A DNA stretch of 64,000 nt from Bacteroidota bacterium (GTDB lineage: Bacteria; Bacteroidota; Ignavibacteria; UBA10030; UBA8401). A program made the translations under genes and the position numbers. A model generated the notes under the pieces. The model saw only the letters and a program-made list of their open reading frames with translations. It was not told the DNA's origin and made no database searches. Shown in pieces: positions 9,075 through 18,890 of this stretch (positions are counted from its first letter, which is position 1; every line of letters begins with the position of its first letter). The DNA is taken from positions 95,663-159,662 of the forward strand of contig JAQCAB010000002.1 in the NCBI GenBank assembly GCA_027622375.1. Direction: 5' to 3'.

Positions 9075-9233
9075 TTTGCAAATAGTAAAAATTATTGCAA
9101 TTAATAATCCACCAACAACTGCTGGTGGGATGTTGTATCGATTTAAAAAATTAATTTTTTTGCAGATAAAATATCCGACAAATAAAGTAATTCCTGCAAA
9201 AGCTAAAGTTTGCATAAAGTCGAGAATAATCAT
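9075..9233 (-). pseudogene. gltS: gltS 5' fragment (first 53 codons), cut off from the rest of the gene
   Basis: 'MIILDFMQTLAFAGITLFVGYFICKKINFLNRYNIPPAVVGGLLIAIIFTICK' aligns with the E. coli GltS N-terminus 'MFHLDTLATLVAATLTLLLGRKLVHSVSFLKKYTIPEPVAGGLLVALALLVLKK'. After the K the reading frame runs into insert sequence and stops at 9024. Confidence 0.8.
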
Positions 9234-9477
9234 TTAGTAATCCTTAAATTTTTTTTAAGGTAGGTATTCTGATTATTAGAAAAAAGGTTTTAATTGCTAT
9301 GATTTAAAAAATTATGGACTTCAAATATATATTTTTTAAGTGCCCTAAATAATTGTAGAATAGTAGTTGTTTAAATTAAATGCGTTTTGAATTACTGGTT
9401 TTATGATTAATAAATATCTAATCTTTAATTGAATAAAATGCAGAATAAACATATTTTATGTAATTCTAAAAAAAACT

Positions 9478-11196
9478 ATGAAGTTATTAAAATATATTTT
9501 ACTCACAAGTTTTACATTAATTTATTTTGGCTGCGGAGTTACATCTGAAAAAACCCAACAAAATAAAAAAAGCAATCCCCCTAAACGTGAGCTCTCAGCA
9601 AAAGATCAAGCAAAAGCATTGCAATTTTATATTGATGGGAATGAAAAAGAATCCAAAAGAGATTTCTCTGGTGCTATAATTGAGTATTTGGAAGCATTGC
9701 GATTAGATGATAATGATGCAATTTATTTTGCGCTGGCTAAAAACTATGCGGTGTTGAATAAAAATGAGCTGGCAAAGCAAATGCTTTTAAAAGCAATCGA
9801 GAAAGATTCAACACAAAAGGATTATTTTTTAATGCTTGGAGAAGTTCATCTTGCTCTAAATGAAACCGATTCGGCATTAATTCAATTTCAAAATGTTATA
9901 AAAATTGATCCTGAAAATCTTCAATCGATGGTTGGAATTTTAAGTTTAACAGAAAAAACAAAACCACTTATTGCGATTGAAATGTGTAAAAAAATAATTA
10001 ACCAAATTGGCTTTGAAAGAGAAATTTATACTCAGCTAGCAACACTTTATATTAATTTAGAAAAATATGAGGAAGCGACAGAAATTTTTAGCGAATTATT
10101 AAAGCGTGATGAAAACAACAAACCACTTTTGCAAGTTTATATTGACATGCTAATTAGATCGCAAAAATATGATAAGGCCACAGAAAAACTTAAAAAAATA
10201 GTTACAAATAACCCTGATGACGTTGAGGCATTAGCTGTTTTAGCTGATGTTTATTTAAAACAAAATAAGTGGGATGAAGTTGTTCCAATTTTAGAACAAA
10301 TTATTTCGAATGATACAATTGCAATTGATTACAGATTTAGAGCTGCATTAGTTTATTTTACGAGAGCGGAAGTAGATTCAACGGTTTTACAGATTGCAAA
10401 AAAACACTTCATTAATCTTTCACGAAGGGAAGAGAAAGATTGGCGTCCACAATTTTATCTTGGAATAATTTACTCGATTGAAAAAAATGATACTCTCGCA
10501 AAAAATATGTTTGAAAAAGTTACATCACTTGCAACATGGCATTCTGATGCATGGAGTTATATAGCTGCAATTTATTTTGACCGTAAAGAATATAAACAGA
10601 TGGAACAAATTTTAACGAAAGCAATTAATTACGTTAAAAATGATGATAGATTATTTTATTTATTGGGACTCGCATATTCGCAATTAAAAGAAAACCAAAA
10701 AGCAATTTCGAGTTATGAAAAAGCCAGAAAAATCAATCCAAAGAATCTCAATAATTTATCATCACTCGGGCTTGAATATGATAATTTAAAAGAATTTAAA
10801 AAGTCAGATGAAGTTTATGAAGAGGTGTTAAAAATTGATTCAAATAATATTTTAGTTTTAAATAACTATGCTTATAGTTTATCTGAAAGAGGAATTAATT
10901 TAGACAAAGCTCTTATAATGTCTAAAAAATCTATCGAAAGAGATTCCACAAACAGTTCATTTTTAGATACAATTGGTTGGATTTATTTTAAAATGGGAAA
11001 TTTTGATTTGGCGGAAAAATTTATAGAAAAGTCAATTTCAAAAGGTGAAGTTAATTCAATCGTTTATGAACATCTTGGAGATGTTTATGCAAAGAAAAAA
11101 GAAACCACTAAGGCAAAAGCTTGGTGGAGTAAAGCTCTTGAAAAAGATCAAAATAATTCTGTATTAAAAGAAAAAATTTTACGTAGTGGATTATGA
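9478..11196 (+). CDS. Tetratricopeptide-repeat lipoprotein
   Basis: Signal peptide with lipobox 'YFGCGV', then many TPR-like helical repeats. First gene of a conserved TPR/DUF4292/M23 trio. Confidence 0.8.
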   Translation: MKLLKYILLTSFTLIYFGCGVTSEKTQQNKKSNPPKRELSAKDQAKALQFYIDGNEKESKRDFSGAIIEYLEALRLDDNDAIYFALAKNYAVLNKNELAKQMLLKAIEKDSTQKDYFLMLGEVHLALNETDSALIQFQNVIKIDPENLQSMVGILSLTEKTKPLIAIEMCKKIINQIGFEREIYTQLATLYINLEKYEEATEIFSELLKRDENNKPLLQVYIDMLIRSQKYDKATEKLKKIVTNNPDDVEALAVLADVYLKQNKWDEVVPILEQIISNDTIAIDYRFRAALVYFTRAEVDSTVLQIAKKHFINLSRREEKDWRPQFYLGIIYSIEKNDTLAKNMFEKVTSLATWHSDAWSYIAAIYFDRKEYKQMEQILTKAINYVKNDDRLFYLLGLAYSQLKENQKAISSYEKARKINPKNLNNLSSLGLEYDNLKEFKKSDEVYEEVLKIDSNNILVLNNYAYSLSERGINLDKALIMSKKSIERDSTNSSFLDTIGWIYFKMGNFDLAEKFIEKSISKGEVNSIVYEHLGDVYAKKKETTKAKAWWSKALEKDQNNSVLKEKILRSGL

Positions 11197-11939
11197 GGAA
11201 ATTACTAATTCTTCTTGTTGTATTTTTTGGATGTGCTTCTGTAAAAGAAGTTGAAGAAATCAATTTAAATAACAAGAGTTTATTACCAGAAGAAGTAATT
11301 AATAATGTAAATAGTTTTGCATATACAATTAACAACTGCAAAACAAATGGAACAATTGAAGTTAATTTTGACTCACTTTCAATTACTTTAGAATTTACTT
11401 CTTACTTAAAAAATAGAGATACTTTGAAAATTGATTTAACTGGTCCATTTGGTTTGGAATTGGGAAGTGCATTAATTACAAAAAATTATTTTTTGATTTA
11501 TAATAAATTTGAGAATATAGTTTTAGAGGGGATTGTAGATTTAAGCAAATTACCGATTTCTATCCCACCATCTTTTAAAGTTGATGAATTATTTTCATTT
11601 TTTGCTAATGTTAGATTACTTCCATTAAATTCAGAAATAACTACAAACGAAATAAATAAAAGCTTTATAATTAAAACTAATTCTAATAATTTATCATCAA
11701 CTTATTTTGTAGAAAATGGAATGTTGTCAAAAGTATCACACAACAAAGAAACAAAAAACATATTAAATGAATATTATAGCTATGAAAATAATAATTTAAA
11801 ATATTTCAACTCAGTAGTATTGGAAACCCCGCAGAATAAAAGACAAATCAAAATAAACTATAACTCGATTGAATATAATATTGAAATGCCATCGCTTATG
11901 TTTGAAGTTGATAATAAGGCAAAGCGAAAATCAATATGA
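11193..11939 (+). CDS. DUF4292-like (LolB-fold) outer membrane lipoprotein
   Basis: Lipobox 'FFGCASV', about 250 aa, overlapping stop/start with its neighbours. The position between the TPR protein and the M23 peptidase matches the common FCB-group operon. Confidence 0.45.
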   Translation: MRKLLILLVVFFGCASVKEVEEINLNNKSLLPEEVINNVNSFAYTINNCKTNGTIEVNFDSLSITLEFTSYLKNRDTLKIDLTGPFGLELGSALITKNYFLIYNKFENIVLEGIVDLSKLPISIPPSFKVDELFSFFANVRLLPLNSEITTNEINKSFIIKTNSNNLSSTYFVENGMLSKVSHNKETKNILNEYYSYENNNLKYFNSVVLETPQNKRQIKINYNSIEYNIEMPSLMFEVDNKAKRKSI

Positions 11940-13159
11940 AGTTAATTTATAAAATTTCATTTTGTTTTATAATTGCACTGCAAATAGTTTATACAAATCA
12001 AGATGTGCAGAAAAAGAAGAAGGATTTAGTAAAACTCAAAAATGAAATAGAGGAATTTGAAAAAAAAATTGATGAGAGCGAGCGAAAAGAAAAAAACACA
12101 CTTGAACAGCTTGATAATTATGAAAAACAAACCAAGTTGCTTCATGAATTAATTGATGGATTAAATAATAAACAAGCATTTATTCGCCAATCAATTTTAA
12201 AAACAATTGAAAATATTGTTCAGCTTGAAAAGGAAATAAACATCTTAAAAGAGCATTATTCAAAGTATGTTAAAAATGTTTATACAAAAGGGAGAACGTA
12301 TGATTTTGAAACATTAATTTCATCAACAAGTATAAATCAATTATACATACGGCTTACTTATTTAAAAAGTTTTTCAGATCAAAGAAGAAAAGATTTACAA
12401 GATATTCGTAGTCATAAAGACATTTTATTAACTCAGCAAGATATTTTATTTACGCAATTGCGAGAAGAAGAAAAATTAATAACGGATAAAAAAAATGAAG
12501 AATCAAAAACAATTGCAAAAACCGAAAAGCGCAAAACACTTCTTCAAAAAATTAGAAAAGATAAATCATTATTTGTAAGTGAGCTGAATAGAAAACTAGA
12601 ATCGGCAAAAAAATTAGAAGGATTGATCTCACAAATAATAGAATCTGAAATAATACGAAAAGAGGAAGAAAGAAAACGGGAAAAATTAAAACTTGAAAAA
12701 GAAAAACTACTTGCGAAAAAATCTACAACCCCAAAACCTAATCTTATCACATTCAAAGATTTTCCAAATAAAGGTAATTTAAGATGGCCAGTTAATTCAA
12801 GAATAATTTCCGCTGGATTTGGAAGCATTATTCATCCTGTGCTTAAAACTGTTACGCAAAATAATGGAATTGATATTAAAGTGCCTGCTGGAACTTTAGT
12901 AAAATGTGTTGCTGTTGGTGAAGTCAGTATGGTGCACTGGCTCCCTTCATTTGGGAATCTTGTAATTGTAACTCACGCAAAAGATATGCGAACAGTTTAT
13001 ACAAATTTAAAAACTGTTTCAGTCCAAGATGGAGATAAAATTAATGAAGGGGATTTAATTGGGACAAGTGGCGAATCAGTTGAAGGAGAGTTACTTCACT
13101 TTGAAATATGGAAAGAAAAAGTAAAACAAAATCCAAAGGAATGGTTGGCTAAAAAATAA
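11936..13159 (+). CDS. M23 family metallopeptidase with N-terminal coiled coil (EnvC-like murein hydrolase activator)
   Basis: Long coiled-coil region, then a LytM/M23 domain 'GIDIKVPAGTLVKCVAVGEVSMV...GNLVIVTHAKDMRTVYTNL...GDLIGTSGES'. Confidence 0.8.
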   Translation: MKLIYKISFCFIIALQIVYTNQDVQKKKKDLVKLKNEIEEFEKKIDESERKEKNTLEQLDNYEKQTKLLHELIDGLNNKQAFIRQSILKTIENIVQLEKEINILKEHYSKYVKNVYTKGRTYDFETLISSTSINQLYIRLTYLKSFSDQRRKDLQDIRSHKDILLTQQDILFTQLREEEKLITDKKNEESKTIAKTEKRKTLLQKIRKDKSLFVSELNRKLESAKKLEGLISQIIESEIIRKEEERKREKLKLEKEKLLAKKSTTPKPNLITFKDFPNKGNLRWPVNSRIISAGFGSIIHPVLKTVTQNNGIDIKVPAGTLVKCVAVGEVSMVHWLPSFGNLVIVTHAKDMRTVYTNLKTVSVQDGDKINEGDLIGTSGESVEGELLHFEIWKEKVKQNPKEWLAKK

Positions 13160-13260
13160 ATTATTCTTTAGACTGAACTCTATTCATTCTCATTTCGAAG
13201 GTGTGTCAAAATGGACGCAACATTTTTAGCAGTTAGAACAGTTTTGTTTTCGCTGATACT

Positions 13261-14535
13261 CTAAAATGTTTCCGTATTTGCTAAAACAGGTTTCTCAAAA
13301 TCAATTTGTACTAAATAAATACTCATTAATAAAGAAATTAAAAAATAGCTAATAAGTATATAGTTCCCAAATGAAATTATTACGTTTAAGCCAAACCAAT
13401 CGCCATAATAGTTTATAATTCCAATTGAAAAAACAAATCGAAGGCATTCCCAAAAAACTGAAATTTTTCTGGTATCCATTAATTCTGTGTAGCTGTAAAT
13501 GGTTAGGAAAATAAAAAGGCCATAAATAAAAATAGCTGGTAAACCAATTTGAACAAGGCTATGAAGTAGATGGCTTACAAATAACAAAGTGATTAACATT
13601 TGTGTTATTGACCAATAAACTAACTTGGTTGAATTTCGTGTTCCATATTTATTAAAATTGTAAACATTAGTAATTTTATTTACAGGATATTTTGTTTCAA
13701 AATTTTCAGGTCTCCATCCAGTTGGTTGAAACCAAATGGTAAATTTATCTTTCCAGTTTTCTGATCTCCATGCATCAGAGATTAGTAATCCTAAATGTTG
13801 AAAGTTAATCCGAATAGGATTCCAAGTTTGTGCTGGTCTCGTAATACCATAAACTGGAGTCACAGTGGCTAATTCTTCTTGAAAAGTACCAAAAAGTTTA
13901 TCCCAAATAATGAATATTTGAGAATAATTTTTATCCAGATATTCTGGATTTATAGCATGATGCACACGATGATGAGATGGTGTAACTAATATGTTTTCTA
14001 GGAACCCCATTTTTTTAATATGTTTGGTATGATACCAAAATTGTAGAAATAATTGAATAGGTAATGTAATTGCAATTACTTGTGAAGGAACACCTAAAAT
14101 TGCAGCAGGAATAAGTAATATTAAAAATAAATTTACAAAACTAGAAATCGTTTGTCTCAAAGCACAAGCTAAATTAAACTCTTCGCTACTATGATGTATA
14201 GCATGCCTATTCCAAAAAAAATTAATTTGATGCGCTAAACCATGCGTACAATACCCATAAAAATCAATGGCAATAAAAGCAATGATATAGGCTAAAATAC
14301 CCGCTTCTAAATGAAAAATTGCTACTTTGGCAACTAACCATTCATAAGAAATAAGTGTTACACTTAATCCTAAAACATCTTTTACGGCATTAGTAATACC
14401 GGAACTTATACTGGAAACACTGTCCATATATGGCGCAGTATCTTCGCCTTTATAGTATCCATAAACTTTTTCAATTACAACTAATAGAAGAAAAAGAGGC
14501 ATTGCAATAAGCAATATCTTACCGTATTGTTCCAT
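13261..14535 (-). CDS. Fatty acid hydroxylase / sterol desaturase family membrane protein
   Basis: Histidine boxes 'HGLAH', 'NRHAIHHSSEE' and 'HHRVHHAINPEY', plus a C-terminal TM region. Confidence 0.7.
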   Translation of the reverse strand: MEQYGKILLIAMPLFLLLVVIEKVYGYYKGEDTAPYMDSVSSISSGITNAVKDVLGLSVTLISYEWLVAKVAIFHLEAGILAYIIAFIAIDFYGYCTHGLAHQINFFWNRHAIHHSSEEFNLACALRQTISSFVNLFLILLIPAAILGVPSQVIAITLPIQLFLQFWYHTKHIKKMGFLENILVTPSHHRVHHAINPEYLDKNYSQIFIIWDKLFGTFQEELATVTPVYGITRPAQTWNPIRINFQHLGLLISDAWRSENWKDKFTIWFQPTGWRPENFETKYPVNKITNVYNFNKYGTRNSTKLVYWSITQMLITLLFVSHLLHSLVQIGLPAIFIYGLFIFLTIYSYTELMDTRKISVFWECLRFVFSIGIINYYGDWFGLNVIISFGNYILISYFLISLLMSIYLVQIDFEKPVLANTETF

Positions 14536-14575
14536 TTTATTTAGTTAAAACTTAATCGAAGATACTAAATTATTT

Positions 14576-14848
14576 TTGAACTTAAACCAACTTCTAATTA
14601 TTGAACTACAAATAATAATTTGTCTTGCAATAGGATGCATATTCGCAGGAATTTTTTCATATATGCACTTTGGAGTAAAAATTCAATTACCTACATTTTC
14701 CATCGGAACACTCACCGGTTTTTTTGGTGTGAGACCTTTTATGCTCAAATATACTTACAGAACAAGCGACAAAGTGAAAACTAATTTGGACGCTCTTATT
14801 GGTAAAGTTGGTAGAGTAACTGTAACAATAGACAGTTCTCAAAATTAA
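14576..14848 (+). CDS. Small hypothetical membrane protein
   Basis: A 90-aa ORF with a hydrophobic N-terminus, lying in an otherwise empty intergenic gap. No recognised motif. Confidence 0.2.
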   Translation: MNLNQLLIIELQIIICLAIGCIFAGIFSYMHFGVKIQLPTFSIGTLTGFFGVRPFMLKYTYRTSDKVKTNLDALIGKVGRVTVTIDSSQN

Positions 14849-15091
14849 GGAAGAAAAATCATAATAAATAGCTCAACATAATTCAAATTATTGGTATCGT
14901 TGGATTTGAATATTATATTAATCTATTGATATTGAAAAAATTGAAATTAAAAAGGAAACTAAAACCAAGAATTAAGTGGGACAGAAAACCCCAAACTAAA
15001 ATCAAATTTTCTGCAAAAATTTATTCAAGGAAAAAACAGAAATTAATTGAAGAATAAAATAATTTAATAATTACTTTAAAAGGAAATAGAA

Positions 15092-15349
15092 ATGAAAAAT
15101 ATAATTATCGCATTAAGTTTTACAATTTTAATTATTTCTTGTGCAAATAAGCCAACTGCATTTAACAAAGCTTGTCCAATTTCTGGAGATGAAGTTGATC
15201 CAAAGATTTCAACAGTTGAGCATAACGGAAAAAATTATGGTTTTTGCTGTTTGGATTGTGATAAAGAATTTAAATCAAACCCGGCAAAATTTGCAGCCAA
15301 TTTAAATGAGGATGGAACAGATTTAGTTGCTCGAAAGAAAATAAATTAA
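15092..15349 (+). CDS. YHS-domain small lipoprotein (putative metal binding)
   Basis: Lipobox 'LIISCA' and 'CPISGDEVDP...VEHNGKNYGFCCLDCDKEFKSNPAKF', which is a YHS/TRASH-like pattern. Confidence 0.5.
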   Translation: MKNIIIALSFTILIISCANKPTAFNKACPISGDEVDPKISTVEHNGKNYGFCCLDCDKEFKSNPAKFAANLNEDGTDLVARKKIN

Positions 15350-15975
15350 ATTTTAATATTTAATTTTTTAGCAACAAGAGATTTAATTTTTAAAAAGTCT
15401 TTTTTATTATTTACAAAATCAAGTTTATCACTTTCAATTACAAGTAAATCCCCATGCTTGTAACTTTTAACCCAATTTTCATACAATTTATTTAATTCCT
15501 TTAAATATTTTTCTGGAATTGTTTTTTCGTAATCTCTTCCTCTTAGCGAAATTTGTTTAACAAGTGTTTTTACATTAGCTCGTAAATAAATTAAAAGGTT
15601 TGGAGGTCGCAAATAAGGGACCATCGTGTTGAATAGAGAAACGTAATTATCATATTCCCGCTTTAACATTTTCCCTGAATCAAATAAATTTTTTGCAAAT
15701 ATTTCAGCATCTTCATAAATAGTTCTGTCTTGAATTACAGACTCTTTTGACTCAATAATATTTTTATGCGATTGAAATCTTTTTGAAAGAAAATATATTT
15801 GCAAATGGAAAGACCACTTCTGCATATCACCATAAAAATCTGATAAATAAGGATTGTCCTCTACAGATTCAAAATATGGTTTCCATTTAAAATCAGTTGC
15901 AAGAGATGTTGTTAGTGAAGATTTACCACTACCAATATTACCGGCAATTGCTATAAATTTTTTTTTATTTCTCAT
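15346..15975 (-). CDS. Deoxynucleoside kinase
   Basis: P-loop 'IAIAGNIGSGKSS' and a dNK-family layout of about 200 aa. Confidence 0.8.
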   Translation of the reverse strand: MRNKKKFIAIAGNIGSGKSSLTTSLATDFKWKPYFESVEDNPYLSDFYGDMQKWSFHLQIYFLSKRFQSHKNIIESKESVIQDRTIYEDAEIFAKNLFDSGKMLKREYDNYVSLFNTMVPYLRPPNLLIYLRANVKTLVKQISLRGRDYEKTIPEKYLKELNKLYENWVKSYKHGDLLVIESDKLDFVNNKKDFLKIKSLVAKKLNIKI

Positions 15976-15977
15976 CC

Positions 15978-17816
15978 TCAGACTGTTTTCTTTTTTGAAG
16001 CTCTGTTTCTTTCGTTTGTTTCTAAATATTTTTTCCTCAATCGAATTGTGTTTGGAGTAATCTCAACATATTCGTCATCGCTAATCCACTCAATTGCTTG
16101 TTCAAGAGTTAAAATTTGTGGTGGTTCAAGTCTGACTGCTTCATCAGAACCAGATGCACGCATATTTGTTAATTGTTTAGATCTACACACATTAACAACC
16201 ATATCATGCTCGCGAGAATTCTCACCAACAATCATTCCCATATACACTTTTGTTCCGGGCTCAATAAAAAAAGTTGAACGATCTTGTAATTTCCACATTC
16301 CATATGCAACCGATTCACCATTTTCCATTGCAATTAATGCTCCTCTTGTTCTGTGTGGAATTTCTCCTTTAAACGGTTCATAACCATGAAAATTATGATG
16401 AAGAATTCCTGTACCTTTTGTTTGAGTCATAAACTCATTTCTAAAACCTATTAACCCACGAGCCGGTACAAGAAATTCCAAACGAGTGTTACCTTGAGAA
16501 GAAATCATATTTCTCATTTCAGCTTTTCTTTTTCCTAAATTTTCAATAACAACTCCGGTATTTTCATCAGGCACATCAATAATAACATGTTCTATTGGTT
16601 CACAAAGTACATCATCAATTCTTTTTAAAATAACTTCAGGACGAGATACCTGAAGTTCATAGTTTTCTCGTCTCATGTTTTCAATCAAAACAGAAAGATG
16701 AAGTTCGCCGCGACCGCTAACTTTAAAAATATCTGGTGAGTCAGTTAATTCAACCAACAAGCTTACATTAGAACGCAACTCACGCTGTAGTCGTTCAGAA
16801 ATATTTCGCGTTGTTACATATTTACCATCCAAACCTGCAAATGGAGAATTGTTAACCATAAAATTCATCGACATTGTTGGTTCTTCAATCGATACAAATG
16901 GTAATGGAGTTGAATCTTTTATTGATGCGATAGTTTCGCCAATATCAACATCTTCCATTCCTGCAATTGCTATAATATCACCAACCGAAGCTTTTTCAAC
17001 TTCAATTCTTTTCAAACCTTCAAATGAATATAATTTTGAAACACGAGCATCTTCCGTTAATCCATTTTTATGAATAATTTTCATCGGCTCGCCAAGTTCA
17101 ATTTTTCCGCGATGAATTTTTCCAATTCCTAATCTTCCCAAATAATCATTGTAATCAATTGTTGTAACAAGCATTTGAAATGGTTCTTCAAAATTTCCAC
17201 TTGGAGCGGGGACACTTGAAATAATTGCATCAAACAAAGGTTGAAGCGAATTACTTTCTAAATCAATTTCTTTTTTAGCAATTCCGAGTTTTGAGATTGC
17301 GTAAATTATTGGGAAGTCAAGTTGTTTATCATTTGCTCCGAGTGATAAAAATAATTCAAACACTTCATCTAAAACTTGATGAGGTCGCGCATCTTTTCTA
17401 TCAATTTTATTTATAACAACTATCGGTTGTAAGTTTAGATCGAGTGATTTCTTTAAAACAAATTTTGTTCCTGGTAATGGTCCCTCAGAGGCATCAACTA
17501 AAAGTAAAACTCCTTCAACCATTTTTAAAGTTCGCTCAACCTCTCCAGCAAAATCAGAGTGACCGGGAGTATCTACAATATTGATTTTATATTTTTTTTT
17601 GTCTGTAAGATTATTATAAAACACAGAAGTATTTTTTGCAAGAATTGTAATTCCTCTTTCGCGCTCTTGATCATTTGAATCCATTACGCGAGTTGCAACT
17701 TGTTGATTCTCGCGGAAAGTTCCAGTTTGCCTTAGCATGTGATCAACCAAAGTAGTTTTACCATGATCAACATGTGCGATTATTGCAATATTTCTAATTA
17801 AATTTTGTTCAAACAT
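15978..17816 (-). CDS. typA: Translational GTPase TypA/BipA
   Basis: 'NIAIIAHVDHGKTTLVD', G-domain motifs 'DTPGH' and 'NKID', 612 aa. Confidence 0.93.
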   Translation of the reverse strand: MFEQNLIRNIAIIAHVDHGKTTLVDHMLRQTGTFRENQQVATRVMDSNDQERERGITILAKNTSVFYNNLTDKKKYKINIVDTPGHSDFAGEVERTLKMVEGVLLLVDASEGPLPGTKFVLKKSLDLNLQPIVVINKIDRKDARPHQVLDEVFELFLSLGANDKQLDFPIIYAISKLGIAKKEIDLESNSLQPLFDAIISSVPAPSGNFEEPFQMLVTTIDYNDYLGRLGIGKIHRGKIELGEPMKIIHKNGLTEDARVSKLYSFEGLKRIEVEKASVGDIIAIAGMEDVDIGETIASIKDSTPLPFVSIEEPTMSMNFMVNNSPFAGLDGKYVTTRNISERLQRELRSNVSLLVELTDSPDIFKVSGRGELHLSVLIENMRRENYELQVSRPEVILKRIDDVLCEPIEHVIIDVPDENTGVVIENLGKRKAEMRNMISSQGNTRLEFLVPARGLIGFRNEFMTQTKGTGILHHNFHGYEPFKGEIPHRTRGALIAMENGESVAYGMWKLQDRSTFFIEPGTKVYMGMIVGENSREHDMVVNVCRSKQLTNMRASGSDEAVRLEPPQILTLEQAIEWISDDEYVEITPNTIRLRKKYLETNERNRASKKKTV

Positions 17817-17874
17817 ATCTATATCCTAAAAAACATTTATTAAATTAATTTTATAAAAAAATAATTAAATGAGA

Positions 17875-18276
17875 TTAATTATTTTGCGCTCCATTATTTA
17901 TCCAATTTTTTACTGCATTTATTTTTTCATCTGAAAGCTTCGGATTTCCCAGTGGCATCAAACTTCCAGAAGTTGGATTTGTAATTTTTATATACAAAAA
18001 ACTTGAATCAGCATTTCCGGATTTTACTAAATAGTACTTTGAATCTCCGACAGCTTTTTTGTTTACAATTGCATTGTAACTTTTATCAGAAGTCAAAAAT
18101 AGAGAACCGGCACCATCTGAACCATGGCAACTTTTTGTTGAACAACTTAAATCAAAAATATTTGCCTGTAATGATGAAAACTTTGGTTCAATCGTTTCAA
18201 CAGGTGCAACCGTTGTCTCACACCCTAAAATTATTAAAATACACGAGGAAATAATTCCGGTAAAAAATCTTTTCAT
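17875..18276 (-). CDS. Small lipoprotein, possible c-type cytochrome-like (CX4CH)
   Basis: Lipobox 'ILGCETT', 'LSCSTKSCHG' (a CX4CH candidate heme site) and a cytochrome c-like C-terminus 'LMPLGNPKLSDEKINAVKNWINNGA'. Confidence 0.35.
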   Translation of the reverse strand: MKRFFTGIISSCILIILGCETTVAPVETIEPKFSSLQANIFDLSCSTKSCHGSDGAGSLFLTSDKSYNAIVNKKAVGDSKYYLVKSGNADSSFLYIKITNPTSGSLMPLGNPKLSDEKINAVKNWINNGAQNN

Positions 18277-18341
18277 AATTGAAGTACAAAAATACAAGTT
18301 ATTAAAGGTATCTCAAAACACAATCTGTTCAGGAATAATAT

Positions 18342-18884
18342 TTGATTGTGCCATACAATTGTAATAAATTTGCAATCAGCATGGTTAATCAAACAACATT
18401 TCGCAGCATACTTATTTTAAGTTCAATTAGTTTATTTTTAATTGTAATTCAAACAACAGTTGTACCCCTATTTTCAATCGCAAATATAATTCCCGATCTG
18501 TTATTAATTTGGGTTGTTTATATAGCACTTACCAAAGGGCAACTAACTGCAACGGTTTTTGGTTTTTTTGTTGGACTAGTAGATGATATGCTGAATAGCG
18601 GTGTTATTGGATTAAATGCATTTATAAAAACTCTGATTGCATTTTTAGCAGGTTATTTTTATAACGAAAACAAAAAAAATTATCCTGTTGGGGAAATTCA
18701 ATTTTTGGTTTTACTTTTTTTTGCATCACTTCTTCATAACTCGATGTATTTATTTTTTATAGTTCAGGGGACAGAAATGTCATTTTTTAATGCAATGTTT
18801 CGATCGGGAATTTTTGCAACAGTTTATACCGAAATGTTTTCATTGCTCCCATTTTTTTATAATAAAAGGAAGTTAGAATTATAA
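18342..18884 (+). CDS. mreD: Rod shape-determining protein MreD (assigned by position)
   Basis: A polytopic membrane protein of about 170 aa directly upstream of mrdA-rodA. The real start is probably internal, around 18381. Confidence 0.5.
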   Translation: MIVPYNCNKFAISMVNQTTFRSILILSSISLFLIVIQTTVVPLFSIANIIPDLLLIWVVYIALTKGQLTATVFGFFVGLVDDMLNSGVIGLNAFIKTLIAFLAGYFYNENKKNYPVGEIQFLVLLFFASLLHNSMYLFFIVQGTEMSFFNAMFRSGIFATVYTEMFSLLPFFYNKRKLEL

Positions 18885-18890
18885 ATTTAA

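Noticed and set aside
9024-9081. Track start of the antiporter ORF at TTG 9081, and the tail of the gltS N-fragment ORF (YNSTCQRNTREFYQL).
   Set aside because: The ATG at 9058-9060 (MPTKHKG...) is a more plausible start. The residues after ...ICK in the N-fragment come from read-through into insert sequence, not from gltS.
9234-9477. Searched the intergenic regions (9234-9477, 13160-13260, 14850-15091, 26185-26326, 47221-47387, 48907-49014, 61887-62138) for tRNA, tmRNA or other structured RNA genes.
   Set aside because: All are very AT-rich, without the GC-rich cloverleaf arms or conserved boxes expected. No RNA gene can be supported by eye.
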